64,000 nt of DNA, from positions 35,278,001 to 35,342,000 of the forward strand of contig OZ024743.1 in the NCBI GenBank assembly GCA_964016885.1, given 5' to 3'. Made by a program: the position numbers and the translations under genes. Positions 38,830-51,029 of this stretch are shown here, piece by piece (positions within the stretch are counted from its first letter, which is position 1; each line of letters begins with the position of its first letter). Under the pieces are notes generated by a model that did not search any database, was not told the DNA's origin, and saw only the letters and a program-made list of their open reading frames with translations. Source of the stretch: Eledone cirrhosa. Lineage: Eukaryota.

Positions 38830-41275
38830 TGCAAACTCATGTTCAAGTATTGCCATCGCCCAATAAAATGTTAAAAAATGTGAAGCACAAATGTGACTCT
38901 TTAAACCAGCCAAATACTTGCACCCTCTGGCACACACATGGCAACTTTAGGCTCCCTCGAAACCTTCCATTGCTTTGTTCTGGCTGTATGTTCACATGTA
39001 TCTTTTAAGACCTCCCATGCTTGTACATTTCTTACACCTTTTCAGATCATAATCTACATGAGGTCTACTGATATGACTTTGTTCATGTCTAATCAAACCA
39101 GCTTTGCTCAGGCTGACTCAACCACAGTGCTGGCAAACCAGATGATGTTCAACAGCAGGCAGTTCAGAACAGTCTCAATCCTCACCTTCCTTTTCAGTGT
39201 TAGGTGTTCTCTCCAACGAGTTTCAAAGTGTTCACAACCTGACTTGATCAAACGTCTCCACTTCACACGCTCATCAGCCATTTTCTCCCATTCGTCAGAT
39301 GAAATTCCAGCACAAGCCAAGGTGCCCCTGATACAGTCCCGGTACCGCCTTTTTGGTTTATGTGGTGGTCGCCTTCCTTCACACAGTTCTCAATAGAGAA
39401 GTTGCTTTGGAATACGATCATCAGACATCCGGACCACGTGACTGCACCACTTCAACCGATACCGAAAGATTATGCTCTCTATAGTCAAGCACCTGCTCCA
39501 TTCTAGAACTTCCAAATCACTGGCGAACATTTTCCACCACACCCCAAGTAACTTATGAAGAGATTGTTGGTGAAATCTCTCCAGATCCTTGAGGTGCTTT
39601 CTGTATGTGACCCACATTTCACAAACATAAAATAAAGAGGAGACGATACACTTTCACCTTGGTTTCGATAGTGATACCTCGTCTGGACCATAAACGTTGA
39701 TGCATCCGTCCAAAAGCATCACTGGCTTTCTTGATTCTTAAGGATATTTCATTATCATGTGTGCATGAAGTGTTCAACGTACTACCAAGGTAAACAAACT
39801 TGTCAGCAACTTTTAGCCTCTTTCCGTACACGTACACACTTGGTGCAGTGTACTCGTTTCCAGGTACTGGCTGATACATCACAACAGTCTTTTCCAAGCT
39901 TATTGTGATGCCCAAAGTGCTGCAAGCTGCAGAAAAAGAGTTCATAATATGCTGCATGTCACTTTGTGAGTGTGCAAAAAGATCGCAGTCGTCTGCATAC
40001 AAAAACTCTCGGATTATAGATGTTAATACCTTTGTGCTTGTACCAAAGCTCCTGGTGTTGAACAACCTTCCTGAAGTGCGATACCTGATGTAAACCCCAT
40101 GAGAACAATATTTGAATGCCATGAGAAACACGATCGTAAAATATAAGGAAAACGGAGTTGGAGCCGGAATGTCCCCCTGCTTCACTCCATTTTCAACTGA
40201 TATTGGTTCAAAGATGCTACCACCAATGTTGACCAAAGCCTTCATGGAAAAAATGCAGAATCTTGGAATTTTTTCACACAACGCAGTTCGATTGACAGTG
40301 TCAAAGGCCTTTGTCAAGTCAACAAAGACCTGGTAAAGGTCCATACATTGTTTGATACACTTTTCTTGCAGCTGCCGAGCAGAAACGATCATATCCACTG
40401 TTCCTCTTTTGTTTCTGAACCCACACTGCGACTCAGGCAACACATTCAGAGCAACTCTTGGGATCAATCTATCCATCAATATTCGACACGACTTTACCAA
40501 CTACTGAAAGAAGAGATATGACATGATAATTGCCACATTTGTCCTTGCCGTCCTTTCCTTTATGGAGAATCACCATGAGCGCATCCTTCTTGTGGAATAT
40601 TCTCATCTTCCCACACCATTTTCATGAGGTCAGTCAGGCGCTGCGTGAAGTTTTCACCACCACACTTCAAAACTTCTCCACTCAGACCATCCATACCAGG
40701 AGACTTACCACAATTCAGCTTATGCACAACAGAAGTCCCCTCTGCAAGAGAAGATACATTAGCCATCTCATATGCTTCACTGGTTCAATAGGAATGGAAC
40801 AAATGAAATCATCATCAACCTGGGATGGCTGGTTTAAGAGCTCATCAAAGTGATCTCTCTATCTGTCGAGTGTCTTTTGGGTCGCGCAGTAATTGCTTGC
40901 CATCTTTCGATCTCAAAGGGGCCACTGGAGAGCTGAAAGGGCCATACACCTCTGTGAGTAGAAAGTGCGGCAGTTTCACATTGTTGCCGTCAGATGCCAC
41001 TTGAACTTCATCTGCTTTGTTGCTCCACCAGGTATTTTGCATAGCCCTGAGTTTCACCTGCACTTCCTTCTTTACCTGTCTGTAACGCTCATAATTGTCA
41101 CCAACAGAGCTACCACCTTTAAGAACTGCATCAAGTGCCTTTTGTTTTCTGTCTAGCAGAGCCTTGACCTCCTGGTCATTCTCATCAAACCAGTCCTTGT
41201 TTTCTTGTGACAAAGCCAAGGACCTCTGCTGAAGCCTCATAGACCGAACTCCTAAAGTCCTTCCAGTTGTTCTCA
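38830..41275 (-). mobile_element. RTE (BovB-like) LINE, degenerate ORF with RT domain
   Basis: Motifs LPESQCGFR, FVDLTKAFDTV, GVKQG, LYADD, FVYLGS, RLKWCSHVVRM across several frameshifted ORFs. Confidence 0.92.
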
Positions 41276-41974
41276 TACACGCATACATACTTACATATAT
41301 ACACACATGCATACATCCATCCATACATGTATACACACATACATCCATCCATACGTGTATACATACATACAATGGTTAAAGTGTTTGACTGACGACCATA
41401 AGTTCATGGGTTCATATTTGGGACCAGGTAGTTATTGAATCAACCTGATATCAATGTTTATTATACAGCACACTTCCTCTTTGGTATAATGACACACAGT
41501 AATATCTAACATAGTACCCATCTAATCTGTTATATGATTTACCTTTCCTCTTAGGGGTTACGGTATTGGACTAACCATTATAAAGTCATGGGCTCGTTTC
41601 TTCGATCCTGCAGCATGTTGCGTCCTTCAGTAAAATACTTTAGTTCGTGTAGCATCTTCTACCAGGACTTGCGGCAGACAGATAATATCAGTAATGGAAA
41701 AAAACCTTGTTTCATTAGTATGACCTGGAAATCAGTTCCACTCTATCTTCTTTATTAAAGGCAATCAAATTATTTTTATTTTATTCTTTTTCTTATTTTT
41801 CCATGTTTGTTAAATAAATTCCAAAAAAATCGAACTAAATTGAAATTTTGTAATAAAATTTCCATAAAAGTTAATGTTTACAATACAATAAAATGTAATC
41901 AAATGTATTGAAGTCGACGAAATGTGGACCTTCATTTTTGAAAGATGGATAATGCTATAAGCAGACCTTACAAT

Positions 41975-42100
41975 ATTGTACCACAATTTTCCTTTGTGCA
42001 AAAGTGGGCAGCCGAATTTAGGAAAGGATAGGGGGTTCTTGAAGATGACCCAATGTCTAGACGTCCTACAACTGCCACTACCGAGGAAAACATTGATCTC
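41975..42100 (+). mobile_element. mariner transposase N-terminal (HTH) remnant
   Basis: VQKWAAEFRKG*GVLEDDPMSRRPTTATTEENID matches the mariner W..EF..G..S.ED.PRSGRP motif. Confidence 0.7.
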
Positions 42101-42242
42101 AGTACTGCAACACCGATGGAAGAAGTGTGTGGAACGCTAGGGAGACTATGTTGAAAAATATACCTCATTTGGTCACATTCCATGAGAGTATCTTTGTCAA
42201 CCCTCGTATCTATGCGCAATATACGTAAAGATACAGAATTGC

Positions 42243-42584
42243 GGGCACTACAACGCTATTAGCTGTCATATTTGTTGGTGAAAAAAATTTGATTATAAAA
42301 CTTAAATTTATGAATGACTTGTTTTCTAATTAACTTAAATTTGTTTTCTAATTTGGCCCTTAAAAGGGCCACCTATATTTTCATTTAAGTAACTCCACTT
42401 ACATCGATATGCTTTATAACCATGACTTGTTTTCTAATTTGGCCCTTTTAAGTCTTCCCTCTCTCTCTCAAAAAAAACGCGTGTAAACTCTACTTACGCG
42501 TGGTAGTAATACGGAAATAAACGATGTTGACGTCACCTTCGCCTCTTTTCCACTGGACTGACAGCTAATAGCGTTGTAGTGCCC
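42243..42584. mobile_element. Element with perfect 26-bp inverted termini GGGCACTACAACGCTATTAGCTGTCA (MITE or duplicated promoter block)
   Basis: Inverted termini at 42243-42268 and 42559-42584. The right part is the reverse complement of 24563-24698. Confidence 0.6.
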
Positions 42585-42824
42585 ATTTTTTTTTTAAAGA
42601 TCGAAATTTTATTATTCATAGTTGTATAAATAACATTACAAATTGTTTATAATTCTTACAGAAACAAATACAAATACATATAATACAATTAATTATTGCT
42701 AGGAACCTCAGATATAATGCACAAAAATATATGAAAGCGAAAAAAAAAAACCCAAAGCAACCATTACTTCACCACCAAGTGCGACAATTGGCCGCCCACC
42801 TCTAGAGTTAACGGAAAAATTTGA

Positions 42825-43000
42825 GGCAAGCCAACATGCTCGCAGCATTACTGCGGGTGATGGCGAGGCTAAGGTGCTGAAATAACTTGGCACCCTCACA
42901 ATCATCACCTGGCACCTCTATAAGACGAGTCACTAACGATGACAAGAACTTCGCTGTCAGCGGCCCAGCTCAACAAAGGTCTCGAACACCACAAGCTTCG
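42825..43000 (-). mobile_element. CRE-clade-like C-terminal fragment (second, more degraded copy)
   Basis: Nucleotide homology to 24140-24325 in the same orientation (gtgatggcgag...gatgacaagaacttcg...cccag). Confidence 0.55.
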
Positions 43001-43319
43001 AAAAAATAGTTATTTGATAGTTCTGTAGTAAGACGCCTCACGTTCTTTGATAGAACAACGCCGGTTGAGAACGCCAGAAAGAAAAGACAGACAGCCACTG
43101 GAAAGCCGACAGATCACACGCCAGATACCAGCCTCTGTACAACACCATTGTTTGTGCTATAACAAAAAATAAACGTATATTTCATCTCTAATTTCTGCTG
43201 TTATTATGTCACTTGCATCTCGATAACATCTACAACTAATACTGCTAAAGTTCTCTGTATTTTTGGATTTTATTCCATTCAGCAATGGAAGCAGTGACCC
43301 TCACATTTACCACGGCATT

Positions 43320-43533
43320 CATGACGTGAGAGGAAGCAAAAGAGACTGACTCTGGTGTCTCAAATGAGACATCTGCCTCTTACCCAGGGACAAAGGGTAA
43401 GACCATCTTGTCTCTACCCGTCAATTCTAGATAATCCAACGAGCTCTAGAACTGAGGGGGTATTTACCGGAGCTAAGGCTCGTTTAATGATCAGGTTTAG
43501 CTCGGTGTGGCGGACGAAGTGACCAGCATTCAG
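43320..43533 (+). promoter_or_regulatory. Candidate promoter and non-coding first exon of a third gene
   Basis: TGACGT and GGAAG motifs at 43322-43336, locally higher GC, strong donor CAG|GTAAGA at 43533. Confidence 0.3.
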
Positions 43534-44369
43534 GTAAGACAATCAATTGAAGCCTGTGAGGTCGAGTTATGTTCATATGGGATCTTGTCGAGATTCTATT
43601 TGGAAAGTAACAATAGAATTAGAACTGATATTTCAGCTTCATTAAAAAAAACTAACAAATATATATAAATAACGATTTTTTTAAAAGTTAGTGAGTCTAA
43701 TTTTTGAAACAGTTTTTGTTAATTCGGTTAAATCTTACTTAAATATAAATCATAATAAAACTCTAAGGAATTAAATAAACTCTGGGATTTCGAGAGCCCT
43801 CAAGCTTATGTCTAAATCCGATAAATCGCATGCTTTCAAACACACATGCACCTACATGCACACAAATGACTTAATTCTCAATAAATTACAGGTGCCACAT
43901 AATTTTCCCCATCACACACATGGATAGACAAAGCGTGCGTGTGAATGAGTGGGAGAGAGAGCATATTTAGGGCTCTAGGCTAGCTTTCTCTCAGTTATGC
44001 ACCCCATTCTCACAAATGAAAGTTTGGTAAGGTGATGAACCTAGTTTTTGACACTTTTTGCTCTGACGACACAAAGAAAATTACGAAGCCTGTATTTTCT
44101 GCAACACAATCCATCCGTACCGATGCCAAATCATGTGACAAGCCATAACACCATACAACCTTCTCCACCGCTTTGGATATTTCCACAACGCCACTATGCG
44201 TCAATGATGTTTAGCCATTTATTTACTGACCGCAAGAAATTATTATATATTTATATAAAACTGCGATCCTTTAAGTTAGAGTCGTGTGCTTCTTTGAGGT
44301 CTGTGCGCACCCAAATTAGTCAATAAATTACGAGTGTCACAATTTGAGAATTCCTTGAGTGCACACAGG

Positions 44370-45405
44370 TAAAGATGCACCGATAAGATAATTGGTTGAT
44401 TATAAATAAAGAAATATATCAATTAATCGTCTTTGCTTTATCGACCGATACCGATTGACCGGTCACCAATTATAATAGATAATTATCTATGTAATGTATC
44501 GTGATGTGAACATGTATATTATAATTAACTATAAGTAATATAGTATAATATTTCGTAATTTATTACAATTATGAAGCTACTATTTGACAAATTAAACTGA
44601 TTTTACCATAGGAAGTAACAGTAGGTGATAGCATATGCAAGTCTGCAAGAAATTGGTTGTTTTTACATTATAATTTACAAGTTCTTAAATATGATCATTA
44701 ATTTTTTTTTTTTTTAAGTTGAGATAACAGGAGTACCAGTAATACACTGAGTAATTGCTGGCCTTGTGCCTAACGTAGAAACAATTATTACTGGTGGATT
44801 GGCAGTATCGGTAGAGGGTCGGACGCCATGCTTTCCAGCATAGTTACGTCCCTTTACGATCCGAGTTCAAATCCCGCCGAGGTTGACTTTGCCTTTTATC
44901 TTTACGGGGTCGATAAAATAAAGTACCAGTAATGCACTGAGTATTTGCTGGCCTTGTGCCTAAAGTAGAAACAATTATTACTGGAAAATCTTGGAATGCC
45001 TTTAAATAAATATGCAATCAGATCTTTATAATTTTTAAATGAATATCCTTTTTAGAAGATCAATTAGCTCATATCCTCATAGGTGGGTATGTATCTATGA
45101 GGGGGTCTCTTCTATTTTGACACTCTTTAACTTACAGAAAGTTACTCCCCATGGGCAGTCTCAAGTAATTTTCAGTGGCATAGACCAGCATGTTGGAGCA
45201 CTATTATTACACTGATTAACTGAGATTCTGTATCCTAGGAAATATGTTTCTTATGTATTACTACATGTTGAATCCAATGTGTTTTCCGAATTTCTGTCAC
45301 CCTTAGTTTTCTTACTCCAAAACACAAATGGCCGATTATCAAAAATCAGCAAAAATGTCAATATGGCCGATACCAATTATCTGTCGATTAATGGGCGTAT
45401 CCCTA
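44370..45405. mobile_element. hAT MITE with nested SINEs
   Basis: Ends TAAAGATGCACCGAT...ATGGGCGTATCCCTA. Perfect 8-bp TSD CACACAGG at 44362-44369 and 45406-45413. Subterminal CCGAT(A) repeats. Confidence 0.75.
44792..44981 (+). mobile_element. tRNA-derived SINE with Nin/Deu-like central domain (representative copy)
   Basis: A-box TGGCAGTATCGG, B-box GAGTTCAAATCC, core GCCTTTTATCTTTACGGGGTCGATAAAAT, (ATT)n tail. Other copies at about 1-45(-), 4650-4810, 21600-21815(-), 23905-24075(-), 26190-26300, 52800-52990, 57830-57950(-), 62665-62850. Confidence 0.85.
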
Positions 45406-47997
45406 CACACAGGTGTGTGTAAGTATGCAAATATTTTAGCGGATTTAGGCATAAGATAAACAAGTTACACCTTGGTGAAGTTCTCAAAATCTCAGAATTA
45501 AATTTCATTAGAGTTCTATCTGTATATTTACGTATACTTAGCCCTGCATTTTATAAACATATACGCTATTGTCTATTCTTCTTCACACACATTAGTATAT
45601 CTACATACATGTAAGCTCACTTCTACACTATTGTATTTTCCAACAAGGACGCAAATCGATACATTCTGAGACACCCACACATTATAGTTGAGTGAAAAAA
45701 ACATTTTCAGAATATATACATATATGCAGATATTTGTGAGTTTACTTACATAGACACTTGCTACCACGCGTACATTTGTCTATCTAAAAACATGTAACAA
45801 AATATATGTATACAGTTGTAAACCGAAATATTATATTCATATGTTTCTATACCAGTAAACAAATACGTTTACACATCTATAAACATGTGAATATATTTCG
45901 GTTTACAATTGAGAAACTAAGGTGTGTACAAATGTTTTGTTACATATGTTTACACATACATAGACGAGTCTACACGTTATGGCTTAATCCGTTTCACGAT
46001 TTAACGCCACCACCTGGTGGTTTTTGGTTGCCTCCAGTGGATTCATCCAGTTGCAAGCATGTGGGTCAGGTCCTCGGTCTGGCGATGACTCGCTCCAACC
46101 AGTCTCGAAGGCCTTGAAAAAATAAAGATTCATGGGAGCTGCCTCTACTTCTACCACGATATATATATATGTGTGTGTGTGTGTGTCGTAAAAAGCGAAG
46201 GGACCTACCTTCCGGCACCCCCACCTCTGCACCTTGGGCTTCCTAGCTCTACAGTGTGCGTATCTATGTAATATTCACACACACACATTGCCGGGTGATT
46301 TAGAAAATTCGCTCTCGATCGTAGTGCAGCATTCGCTATCTATTTTTCATCCAACTCAAACACTAGATAAATCTTTAAAACTAACCATTCTACTCAACCC
46401 GGTTCACTACAAACACGCTAAACGCGGAAGTACGTCCTGGCGCTTCTAACTAACAAAGCCACTGGCCCTGACAATGTCCTTCTCACTACCCTCAAACAAC
46501 ACGCACACACATACTAGCTAGCTCCCAATACTCACCAAACTCTTCTAAGTAAACATGCTAGTGTGTCCCATACCTCTAAAAGGGCAACTCCTCTTTCTCC
46601 ACCAGCTACCGTCCTATCAGATTAACTTCTAATATCTGAAAAGTGATGGAGTATGTTGGCTTACCTAAAAAAATATTAAAGGAAAACTCCAGCGCCCTAT
46701 GTGGCTGTAAACCGAGTGTGTACATTTTGGGGGAAAAGTCGATTGTCAGAAGTCAGATTAGTTGAAAACACACACACAAAAAAAAAACTAGAAAATATAT
46801 AACCGTCTTTGATTCTCTCCCTCCTTAAATTATCCCAGTGCCGTTTTCGTAAAGCCAGATTCACTGAAAACCTAATCTCTTATGTCACTTACCAGTAGAT
46901 CCACGCCTTCAAGAATTTCGGTGAAAAACAATAATGTTGCCCTTGACACCAACAGGGCAAAACTTTCGACCATGTCTGACATGTGACTTTCCTGTCAAAA
47001 GTACCCAGTTATTTCCTGTCAAAGGTGCCCCGTTATGCGTTCCAGTCGTCAATTCATCTCTTGGGTATATCGAGTAGTGTGTGTATATGTGGTTAAGAAA
47101 TTCACTTCGCAATTATATCGTCTCGAGTTTGATCCCAAAGCGTGGAATTTAGGCATACATTTATACCATAGCTTGGTATGACCATCCTTATGAGAGAAAT
47201 CAGATAGGCGCAAACTACGCGGAAGTCCGTCGGAGAAACTGTGTCAATGATGTGGTTAGAAAAAGCTATCTCACCGCTTTTCGTAGGCGCCGCTAAACTC
47301 CACTGCAGGTTACTCCTCTTCCACGTGCGTCCAACTGCTTAACACCGGGAGCTCCCAAAACTCGCGTCCACACCGTTTGCTGGTCACCACTAAAGAGAGG
47401 CCCTCTGCTGGCCCTTCCGGTCGAGCATCCTTCCGGCCAAACACCCTTCCGGTCGAGCACTCCCCCGCCTCCGGCCACCGCACGCCCTTCCGGTCGAGCA
47501 CTCCCCCGCCTCCGTCCACCGCACGCTACACCATACCCACAAATGATTCTACCTGTGAATAACATTAAGGTTACAGATGCTTATGGAATACCCAGTAACA
47601 CTATAATACGAGTGGGTGGTTCAATTGAGCGAACAACCGCAATACTCATCGTCGAAACTGACGGATGATCTATTTACTTTTATAGTTTTGTGTGCGCGTG
47701 TACATACATATCTCACGTGTCTCTCTCTATATGTACACCGTCAGTTTAAGAAAGTGTCTACGTGTATACGTGTGTTTGGGGGGGGGGAGGGGGTATAATG
47801 ACATGTTCGTGTTTTAATAGGCCTTTTGTAACTTCATATATATACACAGCATACATATACACAGAAAGTCAACGAGAGCCTTAAATTATATATATATATA
47901 TAAGTGAAGTAATTCCGTCGGAAAAGTCCAGGAAAAAAGAGTGCTCTATGTAGGTAACAGAGCTTAATAGTTATGTAATAAACAACATAAGGCAATT

Positions 47998-48059
47998 ATT
48001 CCATTTACCAGTAGTTTCTTAAAAGCAAAAGATTTTGCTTTCAATCCTCAGAATGAAAA
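47998..48059 (-). ncRNA. Type I hammerhead ribozyme motif (PLE pLTR)
   Basis: Minus strand reads TTTTCATT-CTGAGGA-TTGAAAGCAAAA TC TTTTGCTTTTAA-GAA-ACTACTGGT-A-AATGGAAT. GUA triplet. Confidence 0.75.
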
Positions 48060-49036
48060 AATCCTGGTCTGTTTATTTAATTTGGATTTTAAAAACAAAA
48101 ATGCAATCTATATGAAAGTGAGGCTGGAGAAGGAAGAAGGAAAGGAAAAATAAAATAAAACTACACATGCAAACATATACACAAAAACACGCACACTCAC
48201 ACACAAAAGCATACATACACACACACACATATATATATATATACACACATATAAATATATATATATATACATATTATATATACATATTCCGTTAAGGAAT
48301 GACACCCACAATTTTGATTCTGATTGAATTCTTTTAATCTATCTTAATTTTGGATATAGATATATATATATACACACATATATATATACATATATATATA
48401 CATATACTCATACATACACACACACACATATATATATACACACATATATATGTGTATATAAATACACACAAACACATACATATACACATATATACATACG
48501 CACATAAATATCAACACATCCATACATATATACAACCACACACACATATATACACACATACATATACATGCACACAATCATACATATATACACACGTACA
48601 TACATACACATACATAAATGCACTCCTCTACATATTCACACACGCAAATAAATATAAGAAAAAATATATATATATATATATATAAAAAAATTTTTTGACA
48701 GCGATACAAACTGCAGGTAACTGGACAGACACGCGTGGTAAGTAATACACACAAATGCACGTATACATACGTACGAAATAGTAAATACATACACACTCTC
48801 GCACATAAATATACATATACAAATACATAAACACATACATACACATACACAAATACATGCACAAACACGCACACACACATATACACACATGTATATGTAA
48901 TTATATACACATACATATATACATACATATAAAAATACACACACACATGTATACATACACACACACATATACATACATAGCTATACAATTATACACATAC
49001 AAATACGTACATATAAACACGCACAACCAAATACAA

Positions 49037-49067
<31 letters not shown>

Positions 49068-49183
49068 CACATACATACACATATACATGTGTGTGTGTGT
49101 AAAACTCAGTCTTAGATAATTCATATGAACCTTACATATATATAGTAGTAAGGTAATAAAGTAATAAGCAACATAAAGCAATT

Positions 49184-49245
49184 ATTCCATTCACCAGTGG
49201 TTTCTTAAAAGCAAAAAATGTTTCCTTCAATCTTCAGAATGAAAA
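49184..49245 (-). ncRNA. Type I hammerhead motif, likely impaired (GUG triplet, mismatched stem II)
   Basis: Minus strand reads TTTTCATT-CTGAAGA-TTGAAGGAAACATTTTTTGCTTTTAA-GAA-ACCACTGGT-G-AATGGAAT. Confidence 0.6.
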
Positions 49246-49499
49246 AACCTGGTCTATCTACATATACATATATATACACACACATATATATATATATATA
49301 CACACAAATATACATACACATAGGTATGTGAAGGGCAAGGCAAAAATAATGTATGGGGGGGGGGCATAGGAAAAGGTGAAATATAAGGGGATGTAAGGGA
49401 GAAAAAAATATATATACAAGAGTACAAAACGTAGATTCAGCAAAATAAAAACCGTAGCAGAAGTAAAGAGCAGGGAAGGAGTTCAAGGCGGTTGATTTA

Positions 49500-49800
49500 T
49501 CATAGGAGTGTCAACCAGTTGCAGATCAGATGCGATTTCAGATGAGGACAGCATCTGAAGATCTCAGTCTTTGAGTTAAGGCAAGCGAAAGTGGCTCTCA
49601 AGTTTAGCAAAATCCTATACTTTTCTGTGGTGCACAAAGAACAATTCTTTGTGCCCTTTTGGTACTCCCTCGAATGGTCTAATATCGACCAATCAATAGA
49701 GTACGGGATGTTACTATCCTTGAGTTCCCACACCTTACTTGCGAGGGCCGTTGATGTTCGTTTATCGGAGTGCTTAAAAGAAGCGACATGTGAGTAAATT
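49500..49800 (-). mobile_element. Penelope-like GIY-YIG C-terminal fragment
   Basis: H..SFKHSDKRTSTALASKVWELKDSNIPYSIDWSILD...CSLCTTEKYRIL...LNSKTEIFRCCPH. Homologous to the C-terminus of the PLE at 27.4 kb. Confidence 0.85.
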
Positions 49801-49944
49801 TAAAAAACCACTGGTGAATGGAATAATTGCTTTATGTTGCTTATTACTTTATTACCTTACTACTATATATATGTAAGGTTCATATGAATTATCTAAGACC
49901 GAGTTTTACACACACACACACACATGTATATGTGTATGTATGTG

Positions 49945-49975
<31 letters not shown>

Positions 49976-50009
49976 ATGGCTATGTTTGTGTATGTGTATG
50001 CTTGTACAC

Positions 50010-50069
<60 letters not shown>

Positions 50070-50408
50070 ATGTGTGTATGTATATGTATTTATATTTATG
50101 TTTCTATGTGTATGTAAGTGTGTATATATGTGTGTGTGGTTGTGTATGTGTATGTATGGATGCGTTGATATTTATGTGCGTATGTATATATGGGTATATG
50201 TATGTTTGTGTGTATTTATATACACATATATGTGTGTGTATATGTGTGTGTGTGTATGCTTTTGTGTGTGAGTGTGCGTGTTTTTGTGTGTGTGTTTGCA
50301 TGTGTAGTTTTATTTTATTTTTCCTTTCCTTCTTCCTTCTCCAGCCTCACTTTCATATAGATTGCATTTTTGTTTTTAAAATCCAAATTCAATAAACAGA
50401 CCACGATT

Positions 50409-50470
50409 TTTTCATTCTGAGGATTGAAAGCAAAATCTTTTGCTTTTAAGAAACCACTGGTAAATGGAAT
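50409..50470 (+). ncRNA. Type I hammerhead ribozyme motif (inverted pLTR copy)
   Basis: TTTTCATT-CTGAGGA(50417-50423)-12-bp stem II-GAA-ACCA C TGGT-A|AATGGAAT. GUA triplet. Confidence 0.78.
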
Positions 50471-50494
50471 AATTGCCTTATGTTGTTTATTACA

Positions 50495-50546
<52 letters not shown>

Positions 50547-50723
50547 GGGGTTATATTTAATTTGTTGGGATTCAACAAGCTTAAAAATATATATACGTAG
50601 CCGAGCCCCACAATATATATATATATTTATATATATAGTAATAATAATAAATTTGAAGACTAAAATCCAAAGAGGGCTCGATAAGGATAAATAAATATCA
50701 AATATATAAGAACCGTAGAGCAA

Positions 50724-50823
50724 ATATTTATTAAAATAACAGATTAAAGTTTAAGCAAAGAATCGCTGCTTTCACTAGCAGCGATTCTTTGCTTAAACTT
50801 TAATCTGTTATTTTAATAAATAT
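50724..50823. repeat. Perfect 47-bp inverted repeat with 6-nt loop
   Basis: 50724-50770 is the exact reverse complement of 50777-50823. Confidence 0.95.
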
Positions 50824-50965
50824 ATATATATATGTAGAGGTTATATTTAATTTGTTGGGATACAACAAGCAAAATATTTTTATAACTGATATAAAGCACT
50901 CAACAAATTATTGGAGTAAATATACAATATATTAACAAATGGAAACTATTTATAAAACCATATTT

Positions 50966-51029
50966 ATTTCATTATACATATTTCAAGGGCCACCAAGGCA
51001 AACTATGGTGCGCTTTCATCAGATAAAAT
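50966..51029 (-). ncRNA. Type I hammerhead ribozyme motif, fourth family
   Basis: Minus strand reads ATTTTAT-CTGATGA-AAGCGCACCA...TGGTGGCCCTT-GAA-ATATGTAT-A-ATGAAAT: 7-bp stem I, quasi-palindromic stem III, AUA triplet. Confidence 0.65.

Noticed and set aside
44792-44880. tRNA-like A/B boxes here and at other SINE heads
   Set aside because: No complete cloverleaf; each continues into SINE core and tail.
48108-50395. Many 60-150 aa ORFs rich in Tyr/Ile/Val/Cys/Met/His (also at 25-30 kb)
   Set aside because: They are translations of (TA)n/(CA)n/(TG)n microsatellites and are open in several frames and on both strands.
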